From Candidatus Moraniibacteriota bacterium (GTDB taxonomy: Bacteria > Patescibacteriota > Minisyncoccia > Moranbacterales > UBA11712), in NCBI GenBank assembly GCA_030679895.1, contig JAUXSN010000003.1, forward strand, positions 5,517 to 69,516: a stretch of DNA of 64,000 nucleotides, written 5' to 3'. The number at the start of each line of letters is the position of its first letter. The first letter of the stretch is position 1. Below, in pieces: positions 9,482 through 18,247 of the stretch. The notes below the pieces were generated by a model that was given only the letters and a program-made list of their open reading frames with translations, was not told where the DNA came from and made no database searches. The position numbers and the translations under genes were made by a program.

Positions 9482-10878
9482 TTCTTTCTTTCGTTATTTT
9501 TTTCGATCATTTTTTTCCTAATATCATTTTCACTAAAAAAGAACATGCAAGCGGCAAAGCGATCAATCGGTTCCTCCGGGAAAAAAACCCGATCTCCTTG
9601 GAATCTTATCTTCCCTATTTTTTTCAAGCCGTTTATTCCGTCGGCAAAAATTTCTTTGAAATCCGCTCCGAAATGCTTCGCGAAACCTTTTCGAGAAAAG
9701 CACCGCTCATGAGATAGTTTTTGCAGGATAAAGTTTCTCATCTCCCCCCGCTCGCCCAGCCTGACAGCTTTGTAGTCAAGACTATTTGAGTTGAAATTGA
9801 AATTGTCTCTCCCGTCTTTTGTGTAGTAATATTGCAAATCCTTGAAAATATAGGCGTTTGCCCGGCTACCGAGCGCGAAAAGGGACTGAGAACTTGAAGG
9901 GGAAGGCGAGAAATTATACACGTTTCCCAAAATTTTTTTATTCTTGAGCAAAAATTTATATCCGATAGAGTCATAGACCACGAATTTTGACTCAATCATT
10001 TCATAATTATGCTTATCCGCTTCGGCCTTAAACTGTTTTTTAATTTTCCTGAACTTTTCGCTTATTTTTTTTCTCTCCCGGCTCTGAAAACTTTCCGAGC
10101 GGAGCCCAAAATAGCCATTCGGGGGACGAAAACGATAGACGATTATCGAATCCGGCCGTAAGTCGGCCAGGCCGGAAAAACTGCTCAGAATCGAACTAGC
10201 ATCGTCTCCTCGCAAGCCGACCATCAAATCAACGTTTATTTCAAATTTCAATTTTCGGGCGCTTTGGATCACCTCTTTTATCTTGGAAAACTCTTGATAT
10301 CCGCGCAAAGCGGAGTTTAGCACATTTTTGTCCAAACTTTGAACGCCGAAGCTGATTCTGTTGAAGCCGAAATCTTTTATTATTTTCAGCTTTTTTTTAT
10401 CAATGCTTTCTGGGTTTCCTTCAAAAGTTTTTTCTCCCCGTTTCTCGAAACTGAAATACTTTTTCAGATTTCCCACGAGTTCCATGAGTTGTTTTTCCGA
10501 CAAAATAGACGGAGTTCCTCCGCCGATATATAGATTGTCTATTTTTTTACTCTTAAAAACTTCTCGGAAAAAAGAAATTTGTTTTTTTAAATTTTTCAAA
10601 TAACTTTCAATCTCCCTGTCGACCGGAACTTTCGAAAAATACGGGCAATAATTGCATTTGGATCGGCAAAATGGAATATGAACATAAAAATTCAAGATTT
10701 CTTTCGAACTCTCTTTTGAATCCAGATGGATATTCCAATGATTCCTTATCTGTCCGGCGCTCAGGACGCATTCTTCTCCGAACCAGCGGATAAGATCCGT
10801 CAGAAAAAAATTGTCATAAAAAGACTTATGATTCGATAAAAAAAATTTGTATGAATTGTATCTTTCCTGAGAGTTCAT
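9478..10878 (-). CDS. HemN-like radical SAM protein (paralog of 6159..7577)
   Basis: 466 aa; CRSKCNYCPY, GGGTPS; 4-nt overlap with downstream gene. Confidence 0.7.
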   Translation of the reverse strand: MNSQERYNSYKFFLSNHKSFYDNFFLTDLIRWFGEECVLSAGQIRNHWNIHLDSKESSKEILNFYVHIPFCRSKCNYCPYFSKVPVDREIESYLKNLKKQISFFREVFKSKKIDNLYIGGGTPSILSEKQLMELVGNLKKYFSFEKRGEKTFEGNPESIDKKKLKIIKDFGFNRISFGVQSLDKNVLNSALRGYQEFSKIKEVIQSARKLKFEINVDLMVGLRGDDASSILSSFSGLADLRPDSIIVYRFRPPNGYFGLRSESFQSRERKKISEKFRKIKKQFKAEADKHNYEMIESKFVVYDSIGYKFLLKNKKILGNVYNFSPSPSSSQSLFALGSRANAYIFKDLQYYYTKDGRDNFNFNSNSLDYKAVRLGERGEMRNFILQKLSHERCFSRKGFAKHFGADFKEIFADGINGLKKIGKIRFQGDRVFFPEEPIDRFAACMFFFSENDIRKKMIEKNNERKK

Positions 10879-10895
10879 GCTGGCAACTTTTTATG

Positions 10896-11792
10896 TCATT
10901 TGAGTCCGACAGCCCTAAATTCTTTCCAGCCAAATTTTTCCGGATATTCCCGCCACGGACCTTCACATATCGCGTTGTGACGGCATTTGGCGCACTGCGG
11001 ACCTTTCATCTTCCCTTCTTTCCGACGAGCTTCGGCGAAATCTTCAACCACCGATTTGAAGTCGTATATTTTGGTCGGCGGAATATATTTTTCTGCCACG
11101 TAGTCTTCATAGCCTTTCATAAAACAAAATGGAATGGCTTCGGTCATCACGACTTTTTTCTTTTTTATGCCGATGTCCAATCCCGCTTTCACATAGGGTT
11201 CCGTCAGAGCCATCCTCGGCACAATGGATTCAAAATTTTCCCCTGCGTTTCCGGTCGCGTGAACAAAAGCGAATTGATATTGATCAACGTCTAAAGAGAC
11301 CAGAAGTTCTGCTATTTCCGGCAAATGCCGGTAATTAGACCTGGTTATCACTGTGTTGGTAATAACTTCCTGACCGAGCAATTTCAGGTTCCTTATCCCC
11401 TGCACCGTTTGCGCGAAACTTCCCCGAGCGGTGGTCAGATAATCATGGAGTTCTCCAATGTGCCCATGCAGAGCTGGTGAAAATTCGGTCGCTCCCGCCC
11501 TGATGGTTTTTTTGCAAAAGTCCGGATAGGAAAACATCCTGCCGTTGCTTTGAATTTGAATTAGTTTAAAACCGATATTTTTCGCAAAGCTTACAAGGCT
11601 GAGAAAGTCAGGTCTTATTGTCGGCTCTCCTCCCGTAAACACAATTCCGTCGCACTCGGCTACGGCTTCTTTCATTTCTTTTTTTATTTGCTTAATATCC
11701 TTATCTTTGAATTGGATCCTTTTTCTCCCCTGCACGCAAAAAAGGCAATGGTTGTTGCAAGAAAATCCAACTTTTAGATCCGCTTTTTTCAT
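10896..11792 (-). CDS. radical SAM protein with C-terminal Cys cluster
   Basis: 298 aa; CNNHCLFCVQ, TGGEPTIRP, C-terminal CAKCRHNAICEGPW. Confidence 0.75.
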   Translation of the reverse strand: MKKADLKVGFSCNNHCLFCVQGRKRIQFKDKDIKQIKKEMKEAVAECDGIVFTGGEPTIRPDFLSLVSFAKNIGFKLIQIQSNGRMFSYPDFCKKTIRAGATEFSPALHGHIGELHDYLTTARGSFAQTVQGIRNLKLLGQEVITNTVITRSNYRHLPEIAELLVSLDVDQYQFAFVHATGNAGENFESIVPRMALTEPYVKAGLDIGIKKKKVVMTEAIPFCFMKGYEDYVAEKYIPPTKIYDFKSVVEDFAEARRKEGKMKGPQCAKCRHNAICEGPWREYPEKFGWKEFRAVGLK

Positions 11793-12700
11793 AAAGATGA
11801 AATTTTATCCACAAAATCGCTAAGAGCCCTGTCGACTTTCCTCGTGGAATCCAAAATCTGCCTAGAAAAGGTTCTTTTGAAAAGAAAATCGAAATCGAAC
11901 TCCAGGGGAAACTGAACAATGCTTTTCCAGTCATTCGTGTTTTGAATATTACCTAATTTCAATTCTTTCCGCCAGCCCGAAAAGCGCTTGTCCAGAAAAA
12001 AATTTCCGAAATACACATCCCCTTCGGGATCAATAACCGGGGACATATTAAACAAAGGCACGGGCGAAAATGATTTAATATTTTTTACCTGGATGCCGTC
12101 TGGATGGGATTTTATTTCCTTCTCAATGACTTTGAAATTGTCACGGAGAGAACTTATGCTTTTTTCGGACCAATCCGTATAATAAGCCGGCAAAAAATTG
12201 AATCGCCTAAATCCTTTTTTTCTTAGTTCCGAAAAAAGATCTTTTGACTGCCTCATGTTGTCCGGCAAAAGATTGATATTGACCGTCATGAGCGGAAGGC
12301 GTGATATGTTTTTTATGAATTCATCGTCATCGAATATTTTTGAGTAACTGGAACTTATGATAATTTCAAAATTTGGAAATTTTTTGAGATAGTCTGCGAT
12401 TTTTTTGTCGAGAAGCAATCCATTCGTCGTGAGATTGAAATCCGCTTTTTTCGCTTTTTTTCCTAATCGCGCCACGAGTCCCTTTACCAAACCGAAATTG
12501 AGAAGCGGCTCCCCCCCAAAAAAACGAATAAGAGGCCTCACGGAACGATTATTTTTCCCCTCTAAAAACAAAGAAGCAGCCCTTGAAGCCGTTTCTAAGT
12601 TCATGCTTCTATTTGTTTTTCTTACCTGGCAATGACTGCAATTCAGATTGCACTTTAGGGTTGTCACCAAAACCAAACTTTGATCATCGAGTTTCGACAT
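11789..12700 (-). CDS. radical SAM protein
   Basis: 303 aa; CNLNCSHCQV, FGGEPLLN; resembles second domain of the fused double rSAMs; 4-nt overlap (ATGA) with downstream gene. Confidence 0.7.
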   Translation of the reverse strand: MSKLDDQSLVLVTTLKCNLNCSHCQVRKTNRSMNLETASRAASLFLEGKNNRSVRPLIRFFGGEPLLNFGLVKGLVARLGKKAKKADFNLTTNGLLLDKKIADYLKKFPNFEIIISSSYSKIFDDDEFIKNISRLPLMTVNINLLPDNMRQSKDLFSELRKKGFRRFNFLPAYYTDWSEKSISSLRDNFKVIEKEIKSHPDGIQVKNIKSFSPVPLFNMSPVIDPEGDVYFGNFFLDKRFSGWRKELKLGNIQNTNDWKSIVQFPLEFDFDFLFKRTFSRQILDSTRKVDRALSDFVDKISSL

Positions 12701-12781
12701 TGATAGCTGAAAAATAATTGATGCAGAATTTTTTTTCTTATTTTTTTATTTTCGGAAATTATTCAGCCAAGGATCTGGATA

Positions 12782-13063
12782 TTACCAGCTGCCGTGAGAA
12801 CCATGCGATCCGTGAGCTCCGTGCGATCCGTGCGATCCGTGCGATCCGTGAGATCCGTGAGATCCGTGAGAAGCATGGGCACAAGTCGCATTGGCCAGTT
12901 TCTCATTCGGCTTCATTATCCCTGCCAGAACTGCGGCGCTGGCGACCACCACCATTCCGATTTTCATCACGCTTTCCTTGCTAATATTCCCTTCTTCGCT
13001 GGTCAAGAAGGCCTGGATGTTCTTTTTTATCTTAGGTATCCTTGTTTTTTTTGATTCACTCAT
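12782..13063 (-). CDS. His-Gly-Ser (His-Xaa-Ser-type) repeat precursor peptide; probable true start at internal ATG (12967) with signal-peptide-like N-terminus
   Basis: ORF ends ...ANATCAHASHGSHGSHGSHGSHGSHGAHGSHGSHGSW; internal ATG (MKIGMVVVASAAVLAGIM..., 61 aa) is preceded by AAGGAAAG 5 nt upstream, the 13063 start has no SD; sits in middle of rSAM operon. HxsA (His-Xaa-Ser repeat protein) analogy from recollection of TIGRFAMs Hxs system. Confidence 0.6.
   Translation of the reverse strand: MSESKKTRIPKIKKNIQAFLTSEEGNISKESVMKIGMVVVASAAVLAGIMKPNEKLANATCAHASHGSHGSHGSHGSHGSHGAHGSHGSHGSW
12803..12872. repeat. 9-bp tandem repeat (cgtgcgatc/cgtgagatc, ~8 units) encoding the HGS repeats
   Basis: Direct reading: catgcgatccgtgagctccgtgcgatccgtgcgatccgtgcgatccgtgagatccgtgagatccgtgagaagc. 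Confidence 0.9.
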
Positions 13064-13088
13064 AAATTAAGATTAGATCTTAAAAATT

Positions 13089-14099
13089 TTATTTTGCTCC
13101 GGTAGCTTCGAAAAGCAGTTGGAGACGGTCTAGATTATAATAATCGTCGCATTTTTCCTCGCTGAAGTTCAACATTTTCCGACAGTCGAAATTAGGATCA
13201 AAATATAGCTTATAAACGCTATAATAGTCGCGGTGGGAAATTTCTTCCAGTATCGCCGGATTATTGTCTCTCACAGTTCTCGCAAAATAAGCAAGCTGAA
13301 AACATTTATACCAAAGGTCTTCTCCCACTCCACCCTGCTCGACCGATCCCCCTTGCGAAGCCCTGGGAAGATTTTTCATGACGTCGCAGGCCGCATAATC
13401 TCTCTTGTTTATGGCAAGGCACAATGCCTGAGTCAAGGAACCTTTGGGAAAACTCGCGCAATCGCTCTCTGATTTACTCATGACCAACGATTGGCACAGA
13501 TTTTGGCAATCATCCTCTCCTGAATTTTTGCAAGCCTGGACAAATTCGACCGAGCAATTTCCTGCTTTCATGCTTGGTAATATACTTTCGAGATACAGCT
13601 TGACCCTGTATTCACAATGCGACAATACCATCGGATCCGGAATACTTTTGCAGTATCCGATATTCTTTTCCTTTATGGCAGAGCAAATTAGAAAATTTTC
13701 TGTTTTGAACGGATTTATTCTAAACATTTCGGAGGCCAGGAGAATAATATCTTTTGTTTCTTTTCCGGAAAGACCTTCAAGCCTTTTCTTGCAAGCGTCT
13801 CTCTCCGCCCAAAAATAGGTTTCCACTTCCTGCCGGCTTTTCCCCTTCAATTTTTCTGTTTCGAAAGAAACATCTGCCTGACTTTTTTGCTCATATGGCG
13901 AAGGTTCCATGATCTCGGCGGGAACAGCCAAGAGCGCTTTTTTATTTTGAGAAGGAATATCCTCTATTGTTTTATGCGGAATATTTTGAGAGTCGTTGCT
14001 AAAAAATAAATATTTTACTCCCAAAAACAACCCGGCCAAAACCAGCAAGACAACGAATGCGATTAATACTTCCTTTAGTTTTTTATTTTCGATTACCAT
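13089..14099 (-). CDS. membrane-anchored Cys-rich protein of unknown function (cluster-associated)
   Basis: 336 aa; N-terminal TM helix (LIAFVVLLVLAGLFLGV), >20 Cys in extracytoplasmic part; between precursor and rSAM/SPASM gene. Confidence 0.5.
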   Translation of the reverse strand: MVIENKKLKEVLIAFVVLLVLAGLFLGVKYLFFSNDSQNIPHKTIEDIPSQNKKALLAVPAEIMEPSPYEQKSQADVSFETEKLKGKSRQEVETYFWAERDACKKRLEGLSGKETKDIILLASEMFRINPFKTENFLICSAIKEKNIGYCKSIPDPMVLSHCEYRVKLYLESILPSMKAGNCSVEFVQACKNSGEDDCQNLCQSLVMSKSESDCASFPKGSLTQALCLAINKRDYAACDVMKNLPRASQGGSVEQGGVGEDLWYKCFQLAYFARTVRDNNPAILEEISHRDYYSVYKLYFDPNFDCRKMLNFSEEKCDDYYNLDRLQLLFEATGAK

Positions 14100-14185
14100 T
14101 TTGATTATTTATATCATAAATTACAAACCTAGAAAAGACAATAAACAGCAAAGTGCTTCGGCGTTCGTATTTTTTGAAAAAGGTA

Positions 14186-15688
14186 TCAGTCCGGTATTTT
14201 CTGATAATTTTTTTTACTGCACTCTATTTCTTTTTTTGCCCATTTTTCAAGGATCTTTTTCTTCTTTTTGTCTTTCAAGTAGCTGAAAATCAGGTCAAAA
14301 ATAGATTTGTTTATTATGCATCTCAGGCTGTTGGGCTGTTGGCAAAAAACATTTCCGGTTTCAGCAAAGTTGTGGATGGGACAAATTCCGCAATAAGGCT
14401 GATAAACGCAGTGCGAACAGCCCGCCTGGCAACTTGTCTCCGAGGCTACACACATGCTCTTCAGGGCCGGGCTGTCGATGATTTCCGAATAAACGTTTTG
14501 GGCGACGGTTCCCAGTCTAAACATTTCTTGCCCTGAGTAGCCCATCATTCTGCCTTCATCGCAAGTATAAATATCACCATTGAAATCATAGGCAAGTTGT
14601 CCGATCCCGGCTCCGCAAGGAGAACGGAGCTCCAGATAATTCGGATCGTCATCCGTCAAAATCTTTGAAACAACAATTGAGGCCGTCCTTTCATAAAATC
14701 TTTTTCCCGACTGGTTGATTTCCAAAATATAATCCAGAGCTTTTTTATAGAAATCAAGATATTCTTGAGGCTTATATCCCATCTTTGACCAAGCTTTTCC
14801 GGCTGTTCCCAACGGGCTCAAGGGACGGAGAAATATAGTATCAAAACCCCATTTTAAATATTCATCCACTATTTCTTTCGGGTGCTCAAGAGAGAATCGA
14901 CTCACCGTAACGAGTGCTCCGGGCTGAAAAAAATAATATTTCCCTCTAATTTTCTTCCGCTCAATCCTCCGGTATTCATCCATGGCTTGCTTCAGCCATT
15001 TTGTCGTTTCCTCATAGCTGTTTTTGCGGGGAAGCGGGCGATTTCTGTTATGAATAGCTTCCGGACCGTCGAGCGAGGTGCAAAGCGCCACGTGATTTCT
15101 GAAGAAAAAACGCAGTTTCTCCTTGTCCATCAGGGAAAAATTGGAAACGAGTCGGAGCTCCAGGCTTTTTTTCTCGATTTTATTTTTTTCTTTGGCATAT
15201 TCAACAATAAACTTGACTATCGGCCAATTAAGAAGAGGCTCCCCTCCCTGAAACTCAATGGCGACGTTGTTATTCGGCGTGCTGAAAATAAAATCGACTA
15301 CTTGCTTAGCCGTTCCAAGGCTCATGTCAAATTGGGAGCTAGTCACTCCTTTCGCACTAGCCTGGCAGTAAACACAGCTGTAATTGCAGCGCAGCGTCAC
15401 AACAACGATATGAAGACTCGGCCCTCCAAAAAGATTCTGGTGTTTTTTTTGGTATTTTTCAATGTATTTGTCAAAATTTATTTTGTCGCGGATGAAATTT
15501 TTTTTCGCCAATTCTTTGTAGGACGCACTTTTTGAGCTGATTTTTCCCTCGATGAATTTTCCAAAATTATTTTCGTCCAAAAAAGCGTATTCTCCCGCAT
15601 CATTCGTGAGAAGATATTCTTTTCCCAACTTTCTATAACGGAAAAAGCCTACTGTTGAGTGATCTATCTTATCCGGATTGAATTTCAT
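14186..15688 (-). CDS. radical SAM/SPASM-domain peptide maturase (HxsB/HxsC-like)
   Basis: 500 aa; CNYSCVYCQA rSAM motif, FQGGEPLLN, SPASM-type C-terminal clusters CGAGIGQLAYDFNGDIYTCDEG and CQAGCSHCVYQPYCGICP; ~90 aa N-terminal extension. Confidence 0.8.
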   Translation of the reverse strand: MKFNPDKIDHSTVGFFRYRKLGKEYLLTNDAGEYAFLDENNFGKFIEGKISSKSASYKELAKKNFIRDKINFDKYIEKYQKKHQNLFGGPSLHIVVVTLRCNYSCVYCQASAKGVTSSQFDMSLGTAKQVVDFIFSTPNNNVAIEFQGGEPLLNWPIVKFIVEYAKEKNKIEKKSLELRLVSNFSLMDKEKLRFFFRNHVALCTSLDGPEAIHNRNRPLPRKNSYEETTKWLKQAMDEYRRIERKKIRGKYYFFQPGALVTVSRFSLEHPKEIVDEYLKWGFDTIFLRPLSPLGTAGKAWSKMGYKPQEYLDFYKKALDYILEINQSGKRFYERTASIVVSKILTDDDPNYLELRSPCGAGIGQLAYDFNGDIYTCDEGRMMGYSGQEMFRLGTVAQNVYSEIIDSPALKSMCVASETSCQAGCSHCVYQPYCGICPIHNFAETGNVFCQQPNSLRCIINKSIFDLIFSYLKDKKKKKILEKWAKKEIECSKKNYQKIPD

Positions 15689-15711
15689 AAGTCGTCAATT
15701 TTCAAAAAGAC

Positions 15712-15915
15712 TTAGCGCGCTCCTTTTCTCAGTCCCAAAACATAATTTCCAAATTCATCTTCCAGAAAATTATTATGCTCGGACTTTTTTGGCTTTATTT
15801 TGACTAAATAATACTTATTTTTTTCAGCCATCTGAAGATCCGCAATCTTTTTATATCTCTTGACGGCTTCTTTTATGGCTTCTTGGCTGTAAAGACTTTT
15901 GCTAAACTTTTTCAT
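15712..15915 (-). CDS. small hypothetical protein
   Basis: 67 aa Lys-rich ORF, same strand, tightly spaced in operon. Confidence 0.35.
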   Translation of the reverse strand: MKKFSKSLYSQEAIKEAVKRYKKIADLQMAEKNKYYLVKIKPKKSEHNNFLEDEFGNYVLGLRKGAR

Positions 15916-15924
15916 TGCATTTTG

Positions 15925-16383
15925 TTACTTATTCTTTTTTTGTTTTTCTTTGGCTTTTTTAGCATGCTTTTCTTCCCAAGGGACAGCGATTTCCAAAGGA
16001 TCTTCTCGCCAATCAACCGTCTCTTCTTCAGACCTTGAAGATTGGGCGATGACATTGCTTGGCAGACTTGACACCAGAGAAGCGGCTACTATATATTCTC
16101 TTATTTTCTGGTTATTTTTCGCAACTTCTATCCGAAGAAGATAATTCAAAAGTTCATTGAGAAACTCTCCTTTGAGCGCTTCCAGCTGCTTTTTGTCCAA
16201 TCTTTCTTTTCCTTTCAGCGAAATGAGTATTTCTTTTTCCGGATCGCCGTCGAGATGAACATAGACCCTATCTATAAACACATAGGCCGCATTGAGTATC
16301 GCCTCCAGCGGATAGTTTTTACTATTTAGCCGAAAAACGATTTGATTTTCCTTTATATTGATTTTACTTTTTGGATTTTGCAT
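15925..16383 (-). CDS. hypothetical protein (first gene of rSAM operon; possible HxsD-like accessory)
   Basis: 152 aa ORF, no recognisable motif; position only. Confidence 0.45.
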   Translation of the reverse strand: MQNPKSKINIKENQIVFRLNSKNYPLEAILNAAYVFIDRVYVHLDGDPEKEILISLKGKERLDKKQLEALKGEFLNELLNYLLRIEVAKNNQKIREYIVAASLVSSLPSNVIAQSSRSEEETVDWREDPLEIAVPWEEKHAKKAKEKQKKNK

Positions 16384-16464
16384 AAAATTTAACTGCTAAA
16401 GAAATTTATCTACGATTAACTCTATCACAGCGCCATAGAAACGACAATACCTCAAAAAAAGAGT

Positions 16465-17520
16465 TTAATTTGTTTCTACCCATCCGCAGGAACGGCTATT
16501 GCCGGCATGGCATACGGTCGTGCTGGTTGGACAAATGCCGTTGCAATTCCACGTCCATTCCGTGTAGTTATTTTCTAAACTTCCGGCCTGGTATAGGGAG
16601 TTTGGAGAACACAAATTGTCCGAATCGGGCTGGGTTTCTTTGTAGCAATAATTTTGTCCGCTCGCGTCGCCACATGTGGGGGCAATTATTTCCGTAAAAC
16701 TTCTAGAGCATGCTTTGTCTAGAGCCGTCTGGTTGCACTTTGCCGAGCAAGTCCAATTCCATCCAGTTGTTCCGTCTCCAGTGACGACGGGAGGTCTAGT
16801 TGGATCGTAAATGGTGCATAGCCTGGATGGGTCCAGTGTGATGCTGCTGCCCGAACAAATTGTGTCGCTCATGACGCTTCCGCAGTTGGGCGCCTCGATG
16901 ATTGGAGCCTGTGCCGTGCAAGAAGCCGACACACCGCCGCCTGAGCCGGAACATATCCATGACCACGTTGTTCCAGCGGCCCCGGATCCGGAAACTGCCG
17001 GCGGATTAAGCAGGCTATATTTCAAGCAAAGTTCCGGATATTGCAGGCTAGGTAAGCTGTAAGGACAATATGAGTTTCCGTTTGAAGTTCCACATTCGCC
17101 ATCTCTCCTATTGATAACAAAGGTTCCAACAGCCTGCGGCGTCCAGTCGCCATAATATCCGTAAACACTGACCCGCGCGGCATAAAATGGGCTGATATTC
17201 ATAGGCAAAATCCCAGGCGGTATATAATGAGTGTAATTTCCCGGATTTGTACTTGGCGGTACGACTGCTCCTGAATTGTATACCTGAGTATATGTTTTTG
17301 TTCTAAGGTTCCATTTATCCACCTGAACCTGATAGTAGTAAAAAGGATTGCCCGATACGCCAAAATTAATATCGGGCCAAGCGGGATCAAAAATATTTAG
17401 ATTATCAGCAACGCATACAGTAATATTTGTTCCCGGATTCAAGGCATGAACATTATCAGGACAATAAAATAACAATACGAGACAAACAAAAAATAATATC
17501 GATCCGATTTTCTTTATCAT
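16465..17520 (-). CDS. secreted Cys-rich protein with TG(T/W)xWxC repeats
   Basis: 351 aa; signal peptide MIKKIGSILFFVCLVLLFYCPDNVHA; repeats GTTWSWICSG / GTTGWNWTCS / YTEWTWNCNG; N-terminus paralogous to 37632..38225. Confidence 0.55.
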   Translation of the reverse strand: MIKKIGSILFFVCLVLLFYCPDNVHALNPGTNITVCVADNLNIFDPAWPDINFGVSGNPFYYYQVQVDKWNLRTKTYTQVYNSGAVVPPSTNPGNYTHYIPPGILPMNISPFYAARVSVYGYYGDWTPQAVGTFVINRRDGECGTSNGNSYCPYSLPSLQYPELCLKYSLLNPPAVSGSGAAGTTWSWICSGSGGGVSASCTAQAPIIEAPNCGSVMSDTICSGSSITLDPSRLCTIYDPTRPPVVTGDGTTGWNWTCSAKCNQTALDKACSRSFTEIIAPTCGDASGQNYCYKETQPDSDNLCSPNSLYQAGSLENNYTEWTWNCNGICPTSTTVCHAGNSRSCGWVETN

Positions 17521-17734
17521 TTTTTTGTATTACTTTTACCTCTTGCAATTATTATACCATATCCAAAAACAAGCACAATGCTCCCGATGAGCCCTTTCAA
17601 AAATCGGGGAATGTGATATTATGAAACAAGCGCAAAGTGTAAAATGCAAAGCTAAAAACCACAGCGAAAAACCAAAAGTTTTTAGCTTTAAGTTTTGGTT
17701 TTGCACTTTGAGCTTTTAGTTTTGAATTCGACAT

Positions 17735-18241
17735 ATGCCACACAAAAAAATCATAATTTCCATCAGTATCTTGCTATCTTCGTTGATCGCCAAGTCAGCG
17801 CTTGCCGTCTGTCCCGTCTGCACCATTGCCGTTGGTGCGGGATTGGGTCTGGCTCAATGGTTGGGAATCGACGACTCTGTCTCCGGCCTTTGGATCGGCG
17901 CTTTGATCGTTTCGATGTCAATTTGGACAGTCAACTGGCTAAATGGCAAAAATATCAAGTTTAAAGGCCGAAAGATCCTCATTTTTGCGGCGTATTATAT
18001 CATCGTTGTCATCCCTCTTTATTGGAAAGGCATGATAGGACATCCACTCAACAGACTTTGCGGAATTGATAAATTGCTTTTTGGAATAATTTTGGGAACT
18101 ATTCTGTTTTCTGCGGGAGTTTTGTTTCACAACTATATTCGAAAAAGAAACGGCGATATTTCATATTTCAAAGGTCAGAAAATAGTTTTTGGCATCGCGC
18201 CACTCGTGATTGCCAGTATAATTTTATATTTCACTTGTTAA
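17735..18241 (+). CDS. integral membrane protein, unknown function
   Basis: 168 aa with 4 predicted hydrophobic helices. Confidence 0.5.
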   Translation: MPHKKIIISISILLSSLIAKSALAVCPVCTIAVGAGLGLAQWLGIDDSVSGLWIGALIVSMSIWTVNWLNGKNIKFKGRKILIFAAYYIIVVIPLYWKGMIGHPLNRLCGIDKLLFGIILGTILFSAGVLFHNYIRKRNGDISYFKGQKIVFGIAPLVIASIILYFTC

Positions 18242-18247
18242 CAAAAA

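Noticed and set aside
12766-12777. 12-bp perfect palindrome ccaaggatctgg just after the precursor stop codon
   Set aside because: Too short and without a loop to call a terminator or operator confidently. Could be chance.
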